DNA from: an uncultured delta proteobacterium
Lineage (GTDB): Bacteria > Myxococcota > Kuafuiibacteriia > Kuafuiibacteriales > Kuafuiibacteriaceae
Assembly (NCBI GenBank): GCA_963803435.1
Contig: CAWDML010000001.1
Span: 1,120,001 to 1,184,000, forward strand
DNA: 64,000 bases
Direction of reading: 5' to 3'
Shown here in pieces: positions 52,265-61,601 of the stretch (position 1 is its first letter; every line of letters begins with the position of its first letter). The position numbers and the translations under genes are program-made. A model generated the notes under the pieces. It was not told the DNA's origin. It worked only from the letters and a program-made list of their open reading frames with translations, and ran no database searches.

Positions 52265-53286
52265 GCGCGTCGATCCGGGGGCTGGTGAAGACGTTCGGTG
52301 AGCACCGCGTGGTGCGCGGGCTCGAGCTCGAGCTCGGCGCCGGCGAGATCGTCGCGCTCCTAGGACCGTCGGGCTGCGGAAAGACCACCGCGCTGCGCAT
52401 GGTGGCCGGGCTCGAGACCCCGGACGCCGGCGAGATCCGGATCGCCGACCGCACGGTCTTCAGCGCCGCGATCGACCTGGCGCCGGAGGCGCGCCACGTC
52501 GGGATGGTCTTCCAGTCGTACGCCGTCTGGCCGCACCGCTCGGTGCTGGAAAACGTCGCCTATCCGCTGCGACTCCAGAAGGATCGCGAGGCCGAGCGGA
52601 AGGCGAGAGATGCGCTGGCGCTGGTGCAGCTGGACGAGCTCGGGGACCGCTTCCCCGGGACGCTCTCGGGCGGCCAACAGCAGCGGGTCGCGCTGGCCCG
52701 CGCGCTGGTGGCGCATCCCTCGCTGCTGTTGTTCGACGAGCCGCTCTCGAACCTCGACGCCAAGCTCCGCGAGGAGATGCGACACGAGATCCGCCAGCTC
52801 GCCAAGAGCATCGGGATCACCTCGCTGTACGTCACGCACGATCAACCGGAGGCGTTCGCCGTCAGCGATCGGGTCGCGGTCGTGCTCGCGGGCGTGATCG
52901 CGCAGTGCGCGCCGCCGGAGGAGATCTACGCGCGGCCGATCGATCTCACGGTGGCCCGCTTCGTGGGACGGCTCAGCGTTCTTCGGGGGATCGAACGGTC
53001 GGGTGAGCGCGAGGTGACGCTCGACGGCGTCCACATCCCGACCAGCTTCGCCGCCACCTCCGGCGAGCTGGTCCTGGGCGTTCGACCGGAGGCCGTCGAC
53101 ACGAGCGACCGCGGGCTCGAGGGCACGATCCGACGGGCGACCTTCCTCGGCGAGCGGACGGAGATCGCCGTCGAGACCGTACACGGTGAGATCCGCGCCG
53201 ACGTCCCCGCCTCACGAGAAGCCCGCGCGGGTGATCGCGTCCACCTCCTCATCCGCGAGGGTCGCGTCTACGGCGCGCCCGGGTGA
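52261..53286 (+). CDS. ABC transporter ATP-binding protein (FbpC/PotA family, TOBE)
   Basis: GPSGCGKT, LSGGQQQR, LLFDEPLSNLD, YVTHDQ. Confidence 0.93.
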   Translation: MSASIRGLVKTFGEHRVVRGLELELGAGEIVALLGPSGCGKTTALRMVAGLETPDAGEIRIADRTVFSAAIDLAPEARHVGMVFQSYAVWPHRSVLENVAYPLRLQKDREAERKARDALALVQLDELGDRFPGTLSGGQQQRVALARALVAHPSLLLFDEPLSNLDAKLREEMRHEIRQLAKSIGITSLYVTHDQPEAFAVSDRVAVVLAGVIAQCAPPEEIYARPIDLTVARFVGRLSVLRGIERSGEREVTLDGVHIPTSFAATSGELVLGVRPEAVDTSDRGLEGTIRRATFLGERTEIAVETVHGEIRADVPASREARAGDRVHLLIREGRVYGAPG

Positions 53287-53295
53287 GCCGGGAGC

Positions 53296-54313
53296 TCAGT
53301 CGCCGTTCGGGCCCGCTAGTCCGCACAGCTCGTCGATGCGCCCGTTCTCTCCGCGCAGCCGCTCGGCGAAGGCCAGCGGCGCCGGGCTCAAGAGGTCCCG
53401 GGCGAAGAGGGTCGCTCCGATCACCGGCTCGAGGTGGAGCCGGATGACGTGGGCCTCGTTGACGGTGTTGCGGAATCCGCCGCTCGACCGCCTCGACCAG
53501 GAGGTCGTGGCCCACCGTCTGGAACATCGCGCCACCCAGCACGACGATCGCGTTCGAGCCCCGGAGCACCAGCGTGCGCATGACCGCGGCGGCGGCAGCG
53601 CCCAGGCGCGCCCCCGTATCCTCGATGATGCGCAGCGCCAGGCCGTCGCCCTCGCGCGCTTGCTCGAAGAGGCACTGGACCACCCGGCGGATCACCGGCT
53701 CCGGGATGACGCCGCGGACCAGGTGGCGCGGGATCTCCTCCGCGGTCTCGACGCCGATCGCGCGCGGGACGCTGTCGGCGAGAGCCGAGGGGCCGGTACG
53801 GCCGTCGCTGGCCATCCAAGCGCCTCCGATCGCGCGCATCGCCAGATCTTCGGCGTAGCCGACATCGCCGGAGATCGCGCCCATCCCGCCGACCTGATGG
53901 CGGCGACCGTAGCGATCGCGACCCACGCAGTTGGTGCCCGTGCCCGCGATCAGCCCCACGCCCACCGCGTCCTTGGTGACCGCGCGGAGGACCAGCAGGG
54001 CGTCGTTCTCGACGAAGCGGCGCTCGACGGGTACCGCCTGCGCCACCATGGACTGGACGATCGTCATCTCGGGCGTGCGATCGGCTCCGGCGATCCCGAA
54101 CGCGGCGGCGGTGATGTCCCGGAGGTCCGCGCCAGCGCGCCGGAGCGCGACCTCGACCGCGGCGCGAAGCTCGGCCGCGGCGGCAGTGCGGCCGATGCTC
54201 TGGTAGTTCGATCCGCCGGCGCGACCCGCCGCGATCACGTGGCCGCCGCCGTCGGCGATCATGGCGACCGTCTTGGTGCCGCCACCGTCGACCCCGAGGA
54301 ACAGCTCGCTCAT
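53296..54313 (-). CDS. BadF/BadG/BcrA/BcrD-family (GlcNAc-kinase-like) sugar kinase; frameshift at ~53475
   Basis: Motifs 'LGVDGGGTKT', 'GIAGAD', 'VENDA', 'IAGTGTN'. GATTC->GATC gives 'ERRIRNTVNEAHVI..EPVIGA'. Confidence 0.85.
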
Positions 54314-55426
54314 GGCGGATCCATCCACAACCCCACCGGCGCCGAGACCCCGTCGGGCGGCGCGTAGGGCAGCTCGATGGTGCGCCCCGCGCGCGCCGAG
54401 GCATAGGCGGCCCAGACGAATCTCGAGGACCGCGCGCCCGTCCTCGCCCGACTCCGCGGCCGAGCGGCCCTCGCGGATCGCCCGAGCGAACTCGGACATC
54501 TCCTGAGGATAGCCGTTCTGCCATAGCCACTCGTAGTCGGGGGTCGACCAACCCGGCAGGAGCTGCGCGGCCGGCTCTCCTCGAGTCGAGAACATGCGGA
54601 TGCCGTTGTCCTTCAGCAGATCGACGTCGAGCACACCCTCGTCGCCCTGGAGGTGGGCGACCGAGTTCATCCCGCCGAGCAGGGTCCAGCCGGACTCGAT
54701 CAGCGCGCTTCGTCCGTCTTCGAGCTCGAGGTGCACGATCGCGTGATCGTCGACGCCGCTCCGAGCGCGGTGACGATACGTGTTGAGATGCGCGGTCACG
54801 CGCTTCACCTTCGCCTTGCCGAACATCCAGCGGGCGTACTCGATGGAGTGGCAACCCATGTCCATCAGCGCGCCGCCTCCGGCCAGCTCGGGATCGAAGA
54901 ACCAGTCGGAGTACGGACCCTCGTGGATCTCGGTCTGCTTGATCCAGAAGACGCGGCCGATCGCACCGGAGTCGACCAGCTCCTTGGCGCGGACAAACTT
55001 GGGACAGAAGCAGAGCTCCTCCGCGTAGCCGAGGACCAGCCGCTTCCTCGCCGCCAGCGCCACGATCCGGTCGGCGTCCTCGAGGCGCGTGCAGAGCGGC
55101 TTCTCCACCACGGCGTGCTTGCCGGCGTCGAGGGCGGCCTCGGCCACCTCGGCGTGCAGACAGTTCGGGAGTCCGATGACGACCGCCTCGATGTCGGGCT
55201 CGGCCAGCATCTTCCGGTAGTCGGCGAAGTAGCGCCTGATCCCGAGAGTTCCCGCCAGCGCTTCGCCGCGGCCGGCGCGACCGCCGCGATCGCGCGGGTA
55301 GTCGGCGCACGCGATCACCTCGGCGCCCGGGACCGCGGCGATCGCCCGGGCGTGCTTGTCGCTGACCCAACCCGATCCCACGAGCCCGAAGCGCACAGGC
55401 TCGCGGAGGGCGTCAGAGGAGCGCAT
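54310..55426 (-). CDS. Gfo/Idh/MocA-family NAD(P) oxidoreductase; frameshift at ~54420
   Basis: Motifs 'GLVGSGWV', 'PNCLH', 'GKHAVVEKP', 'GGGALMDMGCH'. GATTC->GATC gives 'LEIVWAAYASARAGRTIELP', whose stop overlaps the kinase ATG. Confidence 0.88.
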
Positions 55427-56657
55427 CGATCTCTCCGCGGATCTTTTGGACCGCCTCGATGATGTCGTCGACGTCCTTCTCACCACCGAGGAGCAGCGCG
55501 TGGTGCAGCCAGATGGTTCGCTGGTAGGCGGCCTCACGGGCCACCGGCGTCACGACATGATCCGGTGTGAGCGCCTCGCCGTAGCGCTCGCGGATCACCG
55601 GGTAGTCGGCGGCCGTGAGCGGGAAGAGCTCGCCCACTCGATCCTGGATCGGGACGTAGAACGCGCCGTCCGCCGGGACGCCCTCGGCCTCGAGCGCCTC
55701 GACGAACCGATCGCGAAGGAGTCCGCCCCAGCGCGCCTGATCGTAGAGCAGCACCACCTCGTAGGCGGAGCACACGGTGATCCGCGGGTCCCGCTTCTGG
55801 AGCGTGAGCCCGAGATCCACCTCAGCGAGGCGGCGCTCGAAGTACCTCAGGTTGCGCGCCCTGCGCTCGCTCTGCTCCGGGAACCGCGCCAGCTGGGCGG
55901 AGAGCAAGGCAGCCTGCATCTCAGTGATCCGATGATTCCAACCGAACATCGGACCGTCGAAGTCGCAGTAACCGGGCTCCTTGCGCCCGCAGTTCACCAG
56001 CGCCTGACACCGCTGGGCCACGTCCTCGCTGTCCGTGGTGATGGCGCCGCCCTCGCCCGCGGTCAGGAGCTTCGACGACTGAAAGGAGAAGCTCCCGGCG
56101 TCGGCGAGCGTACCGGCGCCCCGACCGTTCCAGCGCGCACCGTGCGCGTGCGCGCAGTCCTCGACGATGCGCAGGCCGTGTTTGGCGGCGATCGCGGTCA
56201 GCTGGTCCATGTCCGCCATCGCCGAGCCCAGATGAACCGGGATGATCGCCGTGGTGCGCGGCGTGATCAGGGCCTCGACCGCGGCGGGATCGATGCAGAG
56301 CGTCTCGCGGTCGATGTCCGCGAAGACCGGCACCGCGTTCAGGTATGCGGGCGCAGCGGCGGTCGCGATCCAGGTGAGCGAGGGGACGATCACCTCGTCG
56401 CCAGCACGGATCCCGATCGCGCGGAGCGCGACCTCCAGCGAGACGGTGCCGTTGGCGGCCAGGACCACGTGGCGCGCCCCCACCCGCTCTGCCCATGCTC
56501 GCGCGAACTGCGTCGCCTCGCGGCCGGGCGCCGGGTAGCCGCCCCACTGCCCGCTCTCGAGCACGCGTCGAAGCGCCTCGAGCTCCGATGGACCGTGCTC
56601 CGGCCAGCTCGGCCACGCCTCACGCCGCACGGGATGGCCACCGAGAAGTGCGAGCAC
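55413..56657 (-). CDS. DegT/DnrJ/EryC1/StrS PLP sugar aminotransferase
   Basis: GTG after GAGGA; 'NGTVSL', 'GDEVIVP', 'IIPVHLG', 'EDCAHAHG', 'SFQSSKLLTAGEGG'. Confidence 0.92.
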   Translation of the reverse strand: MLALLGGHPVRREAWPSWPEHGPSELEALRRVLESGQWGGYPAPGREATQFARAWAERVGARHVVLAANGTVSLEVALRAIGIRAGDEVIVPSLTWIATAAAPAYLNAVPVFADIDRETLCIDPAAVEALITPRTTAIIPVHLGSAMADMDQLTAIAAKHGLRIVEDCAHAHGARWNGRGAGTLADAGSFSFQSSKLLTAGEGGAITTDSEDVAQRCQALVNCGRKEPGYCDFDGPMFGWNHRITEMQAALLSAQLARFPEQSERRARNLRYFERRLAEVDLGLTLQKRDPRITVCSAYEVVLLYDQARWGGLLRDRFVEALEAEGVPADGAFYVPIQDRVGELFPLTAADYPVIRERYGEALTPDHVVTPVAREAAYQRTIWLHHALLLGGEKDVDDIIEAVQKIRGEIDALL

Positions 56658-56720
56658 CGCCGGTATCCTCGATGGCGCAAGCTGCTCCGTCAACGGGCGA
56701 AGTGTGATAGTGCCGAGGGC

Positions 56721-58115
56721 ATGCGGCGCGCCGACCTGCTCTTCGCAGCGATCGCGTTCGCCTTTGCTGCAGCTTCGGTGTTCGCCTGTGTCCCGGTCGA
56801 TCGACGCCCGCCGTTCGCGCGGCCCTCGTACCGGAAGGACTTCGACGCAATCCAGCGCGCCGCCGATCGAACGCCGGTGGGGCGAGGCCCATACCACGCA
56901 GGATGGTCGCGCGTGGTGATCGACGCGCCCGCTGGAGTTCCCCTGGCGGGCTTCGAGGAGCGGGAGGGGGCCCCCAGCCAGGGCGTGCGGGATCCCGCCT
57001 GTGTCCGCGCGTTTGCGATCGAAGCGGGTGCGCGCCGCGTCGTGCTGGTGACCGCGGATCTGCTGCTGCTCGATCCGGGCGCCGCCGAGGCCGTCCGCGC
57101 CCGGTTGACCGATCGCGGGATTGATCCGACGTCGGTCTTCTTCACCGCCAGTCACACGCACTCGGGGCCGGGCGCGTACGCGAGCGGCGTCATCTGGCAG
57201 ATCGTCACCGGGACGTATGACCCGCGCGCATTCGAGGCCGTCGTGGAGGCGCACGTCGCGGCGGTGGCGGCGGCGATCGCGGATCTGGCGCCTGCGCGGA
57301 TCGGCTCGAGCTCGGAGCGCGTCGCCGGACTGACGAAGAACCGCACCGAGAAGGACGGCCCCCTCGACGAGCGCCTCTTCGTGCTCCGCTTCGAGAAGGC
57401 GGACGGTCGGGCGGCTGCGTTCTGGGCCTACGGCTGCCACGCCGTCACCAAGGTCGCGTCCAACCTCCTCCTGTCCGCGGACTATCCCGGCGAGGTGGCG
57501 GCGGCGTACGAGGGCCGCGAGCTGCAGGTGCTCGGCTTCGCGGCGGGCGGGGTCGGGAGCGCGAACCCGAGGGTCGATCGGGACGACACCTCCTGGCTGG
57601 TGGCGCCGTTGATCGCAGGGCTCCGTCGCGCGCTCGTCCGTGCGGCGGCCAACAGCCGGTCCGAGGGCACGCTCACCGCCGCGCAGGTCGACCGACCGCT
57701 GCCACCGCTCCGCTACCGTCTCACCGACGAGCTCGCCGTCTGGGACCACGCGGTCGCGCCGTTCGTCGGCGGAGACCGCGTGCGGTTCGGCGCGATCGCG
57801 ATCGGTGACACCGTCCTCCTGCACATGCCCTGCGAGCCGAGCACCGTCCTGACGCGCATCGCCCGCGCGCGCGCCCGCGAGCTCGGCATCGAGCTCGCGA
57901 TCCTTCCCTTCAATGGAACCTATCTCGGGTACGTGACACCGCGCCGCGTCTACGATCTCCCCGAAGAGAAGGGCGACGAGCTCCTCTTCTACGAGACCCA
58001 TACGATGACGTTCCTAGGCGCGTGGGGCGGCGATCTGATGATGAACCTCGGCCTCCGACTCGCGGCCGGTGTCCGGGCCCGCGCGCGCGGCGCCGCCCCG
58101 CCCGGCTTTTTCTGA
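56721..58115 (+). CDS. neutral/alkaline ceramidase N-terminal-domain protein
   Basis: Motifs 'PLAGF', 'GVRDP..VRA', 'ASHTHSGP', 'GCHA', 'SADYPG', 'PCEP', 'YLGYV'. Confidence 0.8.
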   Translation: MRRADLLFAAIAFAFAAASVFACVPVDRRPPFARPSYRKDFDAIQRAADRTPVGRGPYHAGWSRVVIDAPAGVPLAGFEEREGAPSQGVRDPACVRAFAIEAGARRVVLVTADLLLLDPGAAEAVRARLTDRGIDPTSVFFTASHTHSGPGAYASGVIWQIVTGTYDPRAFEAVVEAHVAAVAAAIADLAPARIGSSSERVAGLTKNRTEKDGPLDERLFVLRFEKADGRAAAFWAYGCHAVTKVASNLLLSADYPGEVAAAYEGRELQVLGFAAGGVGSANPRVDRDDTSWLVAPLIAGLRRALVRAAANSRSEGTLTAAQVDRPLPPLRYRLTDELAVWDHAVAPFVGGDRVRFGAIAIGDTVLLHMPCEPSTVLTRIARARARELGIELAILPFNGTYLGYVTPRRVYDLPEEKGDELLFYETHTMTFLGAWGGDLMMNLGLRLAAGVRARARGAAPPGFF

Positions 58116-58140
58116 TCGGGTAGCCTCGACTCCATTCGGA

Positions 58141-60168
58141 TCAGAGCTTGGAGATCGCTTCGCGAACGTTCGGGAACTTACGTCTGTACGCTTCTTCGAT
58201 CGCGTCGAGGATCTCGAGCTGGATCGACGGGGGGAGCGTCCGGATCTCGGAGGAAGGCGTCCCTTCACGGAGGCGTGCGGCTGCGAGCGACAGGCTGGCG
58301 AGAAGACCCGCCATGTACGCGTCAACCAGCATCCGGTCCTTGTCGCGGACGCCGTCGAAGAACGGCTGGCCCATCTTGCGGACGAAGATCCTCTTCGGGC
58401 TCTGGTCGTCGCCGGCGGGCTTGAAGATGAGCCCGATCGTACGGTGATCGGGGAGCTTGTCCTGCTTGAGCTCGTACGCGCGGACGCCGCGCATCTTTCG
58501 GCGGAGCGCCCGGATCATGAACCCTTGATCGACTTCGCCGCGCGAGGCGCAGTTGACGATGACGGCACCGTCCTTCATCCCGCGCATCATCCTCTCGTCG
58601 ACCACCCGCGGCCGGCCGACGCACGAGAAGTAGTAGTCGGTCGCGGGGCCAGGCTCGTCCTCTTGAAGGACGACCTCGAACCCGGCATCGTGGGCCGCCT
58701 TCGCGCGCTCGCCATCCTTCTCAACGACGATGACACGCCCGAAGCCTTCGCTACGGAGCGCCTCCGCCACGCTCGGCCCGACGGCGCCTCCAAACCCGAT
58801 CACCGTCGCGCTCATCTCCGAGACCGGGCGGCCCTTGTCTACGATCTGCTCCACCTCATGCGCGACGATCCACTCCCCGAGCAGGGTCGTTTCGATCAGC
58901 TTCTTCAGCGGCGCGTCGGCGAAGGCCTCACAGGCAAACCTGCGGACGGGCTCCTCCTCCAGCGCGTTGAGCCCGCTCTGCGTGAACACGACGTACGCGT
59001 TCTCGATCGAGTCGTCGTCCTGGGTCGCGCGCACCATCGCGCGCGCGGATTCATACCCCCCGCCCAGGCCCAACAGCTTGCGCCCGTGTCGCTGCGCGTG
59101 CTCCTTGCGGGAGAGATAATGGTCGACGAGGTCCTGCCGGTGCTCCTCGGGCAGCAGCAAGCTGTCGCCGAAGCCGGGATCCACGCGCCGGGCACCGCGC
59201 TCGAGCCCCGCAACCGTGATCGGAGAGGAGGACACGCCCTGCCCTTTACACGCGATGCTGGAGAGTCCGGCGCATCGAATCAATAGATCGACGAGCTGTT
59301 CGAGCGCCGGGAGCAGGTGTGTGCCGATCACGAGATCGATGTCGGCGAACGAGTCCGGCCCGAGCAGCCCGCGCGCCTCGAGGCGGCTCGCGATCGCGTT
59401 CATCGCGGGAAGGCGGCCGAGCTCGGCCTGCTGATCGTTCGAGGCTTGCACGCGGACGCCGTACAGGCGGTGCCGCCGCAGCTGATCCAGCAGCGCCTGT
59501 GCGACCTCGGGCGGGTCTCCCACCGGGTCGGAACCCAGGGTCTTCGCACCCTGGAAGACGGCCCGTGCGCTCTCGGAGAGCGAGGCGACCGCTCGCTCCA
59601 TGCTGTCGGGGCCGCCGTACCAGCTCTGGATCGAGAGGATGACGTCCCCGAGCGCCCGTCCCGTCTCGGGTGACCCCTCGCCCACGAGCGCCATGGCCTT
59701 GTTCATCTCCGGCGTCCCGTGCAGGAGCACGCGGGCGATCGGTGGCACGGCCGGGTTCACGGGCGCGGTGGTCCATGCCCGATGGATCAGGTGCTGGGCG
59801 AAGTGCGCAGCGAACCAGGTCTGATCGATCTCCTCGGGCGGGATCGGTCGGCGCGAGCGCGGAGGTGTCTCGGTGTTCCGGACGACGCGATCGACGACGA
59901 GCGCCTCACTGAATCTGTCGACGTCGTTGAGGGCTCCGTCGGCTTCGAACGCCTCCTTGAGGGCACGTTCGGTGAGCGCCATTCGCGCGACCTCGCGGGC
60001 GACCTGTCCCTGGATCTCGTCGAGGTTCTCGACTCGAAGGGCCCCGTGCGCGCTGGCGACGCGACGGATCTCGGCGAGCGCGCGCTGCATCTCGACCGGC
60101 AGCTCGTCGGCGTTCGCGAGCGCGAGGTTTCGATAGACGCCGAAGGCGCTGAGCCTCACCCGATCCAC
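58141..60168 (-). CDS. divergent S-adenosylhomocysteine-hydrolase-like NAD-binding protein with ~250-aa N-terminal extension
   Basis: Motifs 'IGTHLL', 'DAPLKKLIE', Rossmann 'VIGFGGAVG', 'VIVVEKD..RA..A..AGFEV', 'MKDGAVIVNCAS..EVD'. Confidence 0.6.
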   Translation of the reverse strand: MDRVRLSAFGVYRNLALANADELPVEMQRALAEIRRVASAHGALRVENLDEIQGQVAREVARMALTERALKEAFEADGALNDVDRFSEALVVDRVVRNTETPPRSRRPIPPEEIDQTWFAAHFAQHLIHRAWTTAPVNPAVPPIARVLLHGTPEMNKAMALVGEGSPETGRALGDVILSIQSWYGGPDSMERAVASLSESARAVFQGAKTLGSDPVGDPPEVAQALLDQLRRHRLYGVRVQASNDQQAELGRLPAMNAIASRLEARGLLGPDSFADIDLVIGTHLLPALEQLVDLLIRCAGLSSIACKGQGVSSSPITVAGLERGARRVDPGFGDSLLLPEEHRQDLVDHYLSRKEHAQRHGRKLLGLGGGYESARAMVRATQDDDSIENAYVVFTQSGLNALEEEPVRRFACEAFADAPLKKLIETTLLGEWIVAHEVEQIVDKGRPVSEMSATVIGFGGAVGPSVAEALRSEGFGRVIVVEKDGERAKAAHDAGFEVVLQEDEPGPATDYYFSCVGRPRVVDERMMRGMKDGAVIVNCASRGEVDQGFMIRALRRKMRGVRAYELKQDKLPDHRTIGLIFKPAGDDQSPKRIFVRKMGQPFFDGVRDKDRMLVDAYMAGLLASLSLAAARLREGTPSSEIRTLPPSIQLEILDAIEEAYRRKFPNVREAISKL

Positions 60169-60365
60169 CCTAGGTTCCGCGGGGATCCGGATCGCTTACC
60201 TCCAGCTCGTAAACGCTCCGAGAGACCGGCGACAGATGTCTCCGCCGGAAGGCCGAGCCATGCGCCGACGGCCTCGCGCTGGGTCCGAGATCGCGGGACT
60301 CCCGAGGATCCACGGTCGTCTAGCGCAGCTCGAAACGCAGCAGGGCCTCCACCGATATCGGCTCG

Positions 60366-61448
60366 ATGAGACTCAAAGAGCTCGGCGCACAGCTTCGAAC
60401 GCGGGGGGCGCTCGCCGGTGCGGCCGTCGCGATCGCAGCAGGAACCACCTCCGGCATCGTCGCCGCGGTCCACGACACGCCCGACCCCGGTCGGGCGGGC
60501 GGCCAGCGGCCGGTCGCTACGGCCCAGCGGACGCCCGGAACGGCCGCGCTGAAGTCCTCGATCAAGAGCCCGAACGCAACCGCGAAGCCGAGCACGCCGC
60601 CCGCCCAACACGGCGCGCATCGATTGGCGGGACCGACCTGCGACGCGAAGCCCAAGGTCGTTCGGGGGAGCGTGGTCTACGGATCGGATCTGTCGATGTG
60701 GAACGGTGATGCCCAGTTCCGCGCCGAGCTCGGGGACCACGCCAAGCGCTTCATCGGGATGAAGGCCACCGAGGGGCACACCTATACCGACCCAACCTTC
60801 ATGCACCGAGCGCGGCTCGCGATGCGCGCGCTCCACCACGGCGAGAAGGACGCGCTCATCTTCTATCACTACCTGAGCCCGTCGGGCGGCAGCGCGTCGC
60901 AAGCCCACGCGTTCCTGAGAGCCCTCGCGAAGGCGCACGTCATCAAACCCCAGGCGCACGGAAAGTACGAGGTTCCACCGGGCGTCATGCTCGCGGCGGA
61001 TTACGAGGGTGACGCGCTCGGCCATGACGCGCTCGCTCGGGGCTTCATCAACGAGCTCTCTCACCGCACTGGGCTGCGGATCCAGCCGGGTGGACGCATC
61101 CTCATGTACGGCTCCGTAGGGAACCTCGGAGCGTTCCACGGGCTCGATTCCAAGGCTCCGATCTGGAGCGCGCAGTACGGAAAGCCGCGCGACATGCGGT
61201 TCGTCGACCGGCGGAACGGCAGCATCTGGCAGTTCACGGACGGCAAGATCAACGCGCCCCGCGGCGCTGCGCGCAATCTCGATCTGGATCTGTTCTCGAA
61301 CGGGCGTCCTGGCTTTGCCGCCCAGGACAAGCTCCGAGCGATGGCCGGCGACGCACCGGTCTGCCAAGCCCCGGCTCCCAAGGCGCGGCTCGCGGCGGCG
61401 GACCTGCCTGGACCGCTTCGCATCCGCCTCCAGCAGCACCGCGGTTGA
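60366..61448 (+). CDS. GH25 lysozyme/muramidase
   Basis: Motifs 'GSDLSMWN', 'MKATEGHTYTDPTF', 'YHY', 'QAHAFL', DxE 'DYE', 'WSAQY', 'IWQFT', 'LDLDLF'. Confidence 0.85.
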   Translation: MRLKELGAQLRTRGALAGAAVAIAAGTTSGIVAAVHDTPDPGRAGGQRPVATAQRTPGTAALKSSIKSPNATAKPSTPPAQHGAHRLAGPTCDAKPKVVRGSVVYGSDLSMWNGDAQFRAELGDHAKRFIGMKATEGHTYTDPTFMHRARLAMRALHHGEKDALIFYHYLSPSGGSASQAHAFLRALAKAHVIKPQAHGKYEVPPGVMLAADYEGDALGHDALARGFINELSHRTGLRIQPGGRILMYGSVGNLGAFHGLDSKAPIWSAQYGKPRDMRFVDRRNGSIWQFTDGKINAPRGAARNLDLDLFSNGRPGFAAQDKLRAMAGDAPVCQAPAPKARLAAADLPGPLRIRLQQHRG

Positions 61449-61601
61449 GCACTGCTCCCCTCAGCGACAAATGTCCCCGGCCTCGACAGCTCGAGACGCC
61501 AGGCGGCGTCGTTCGAGACCGCCGGGAAGCCAACCACCGAGCGTTCTCGCAGGATTAGCTCCGCATGAACCGGCCCGGTCCGACGCCTCGATAACGTCGT
61601 C

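Noticed and set aside
53249-55537. Apparent Gfo/Idh/MocA-BadF kinase fusion (762 aa)
   Set aside because: Artefact of the +1 base at 54418-54422; repair gives two genes with an ATGA overlap at 54310-54313.
60366-61448. GH25 as a prophage endolysin
   Set aside because: No holin, structural, integrase or replication genes nearby; the protein has its own export-like leader.
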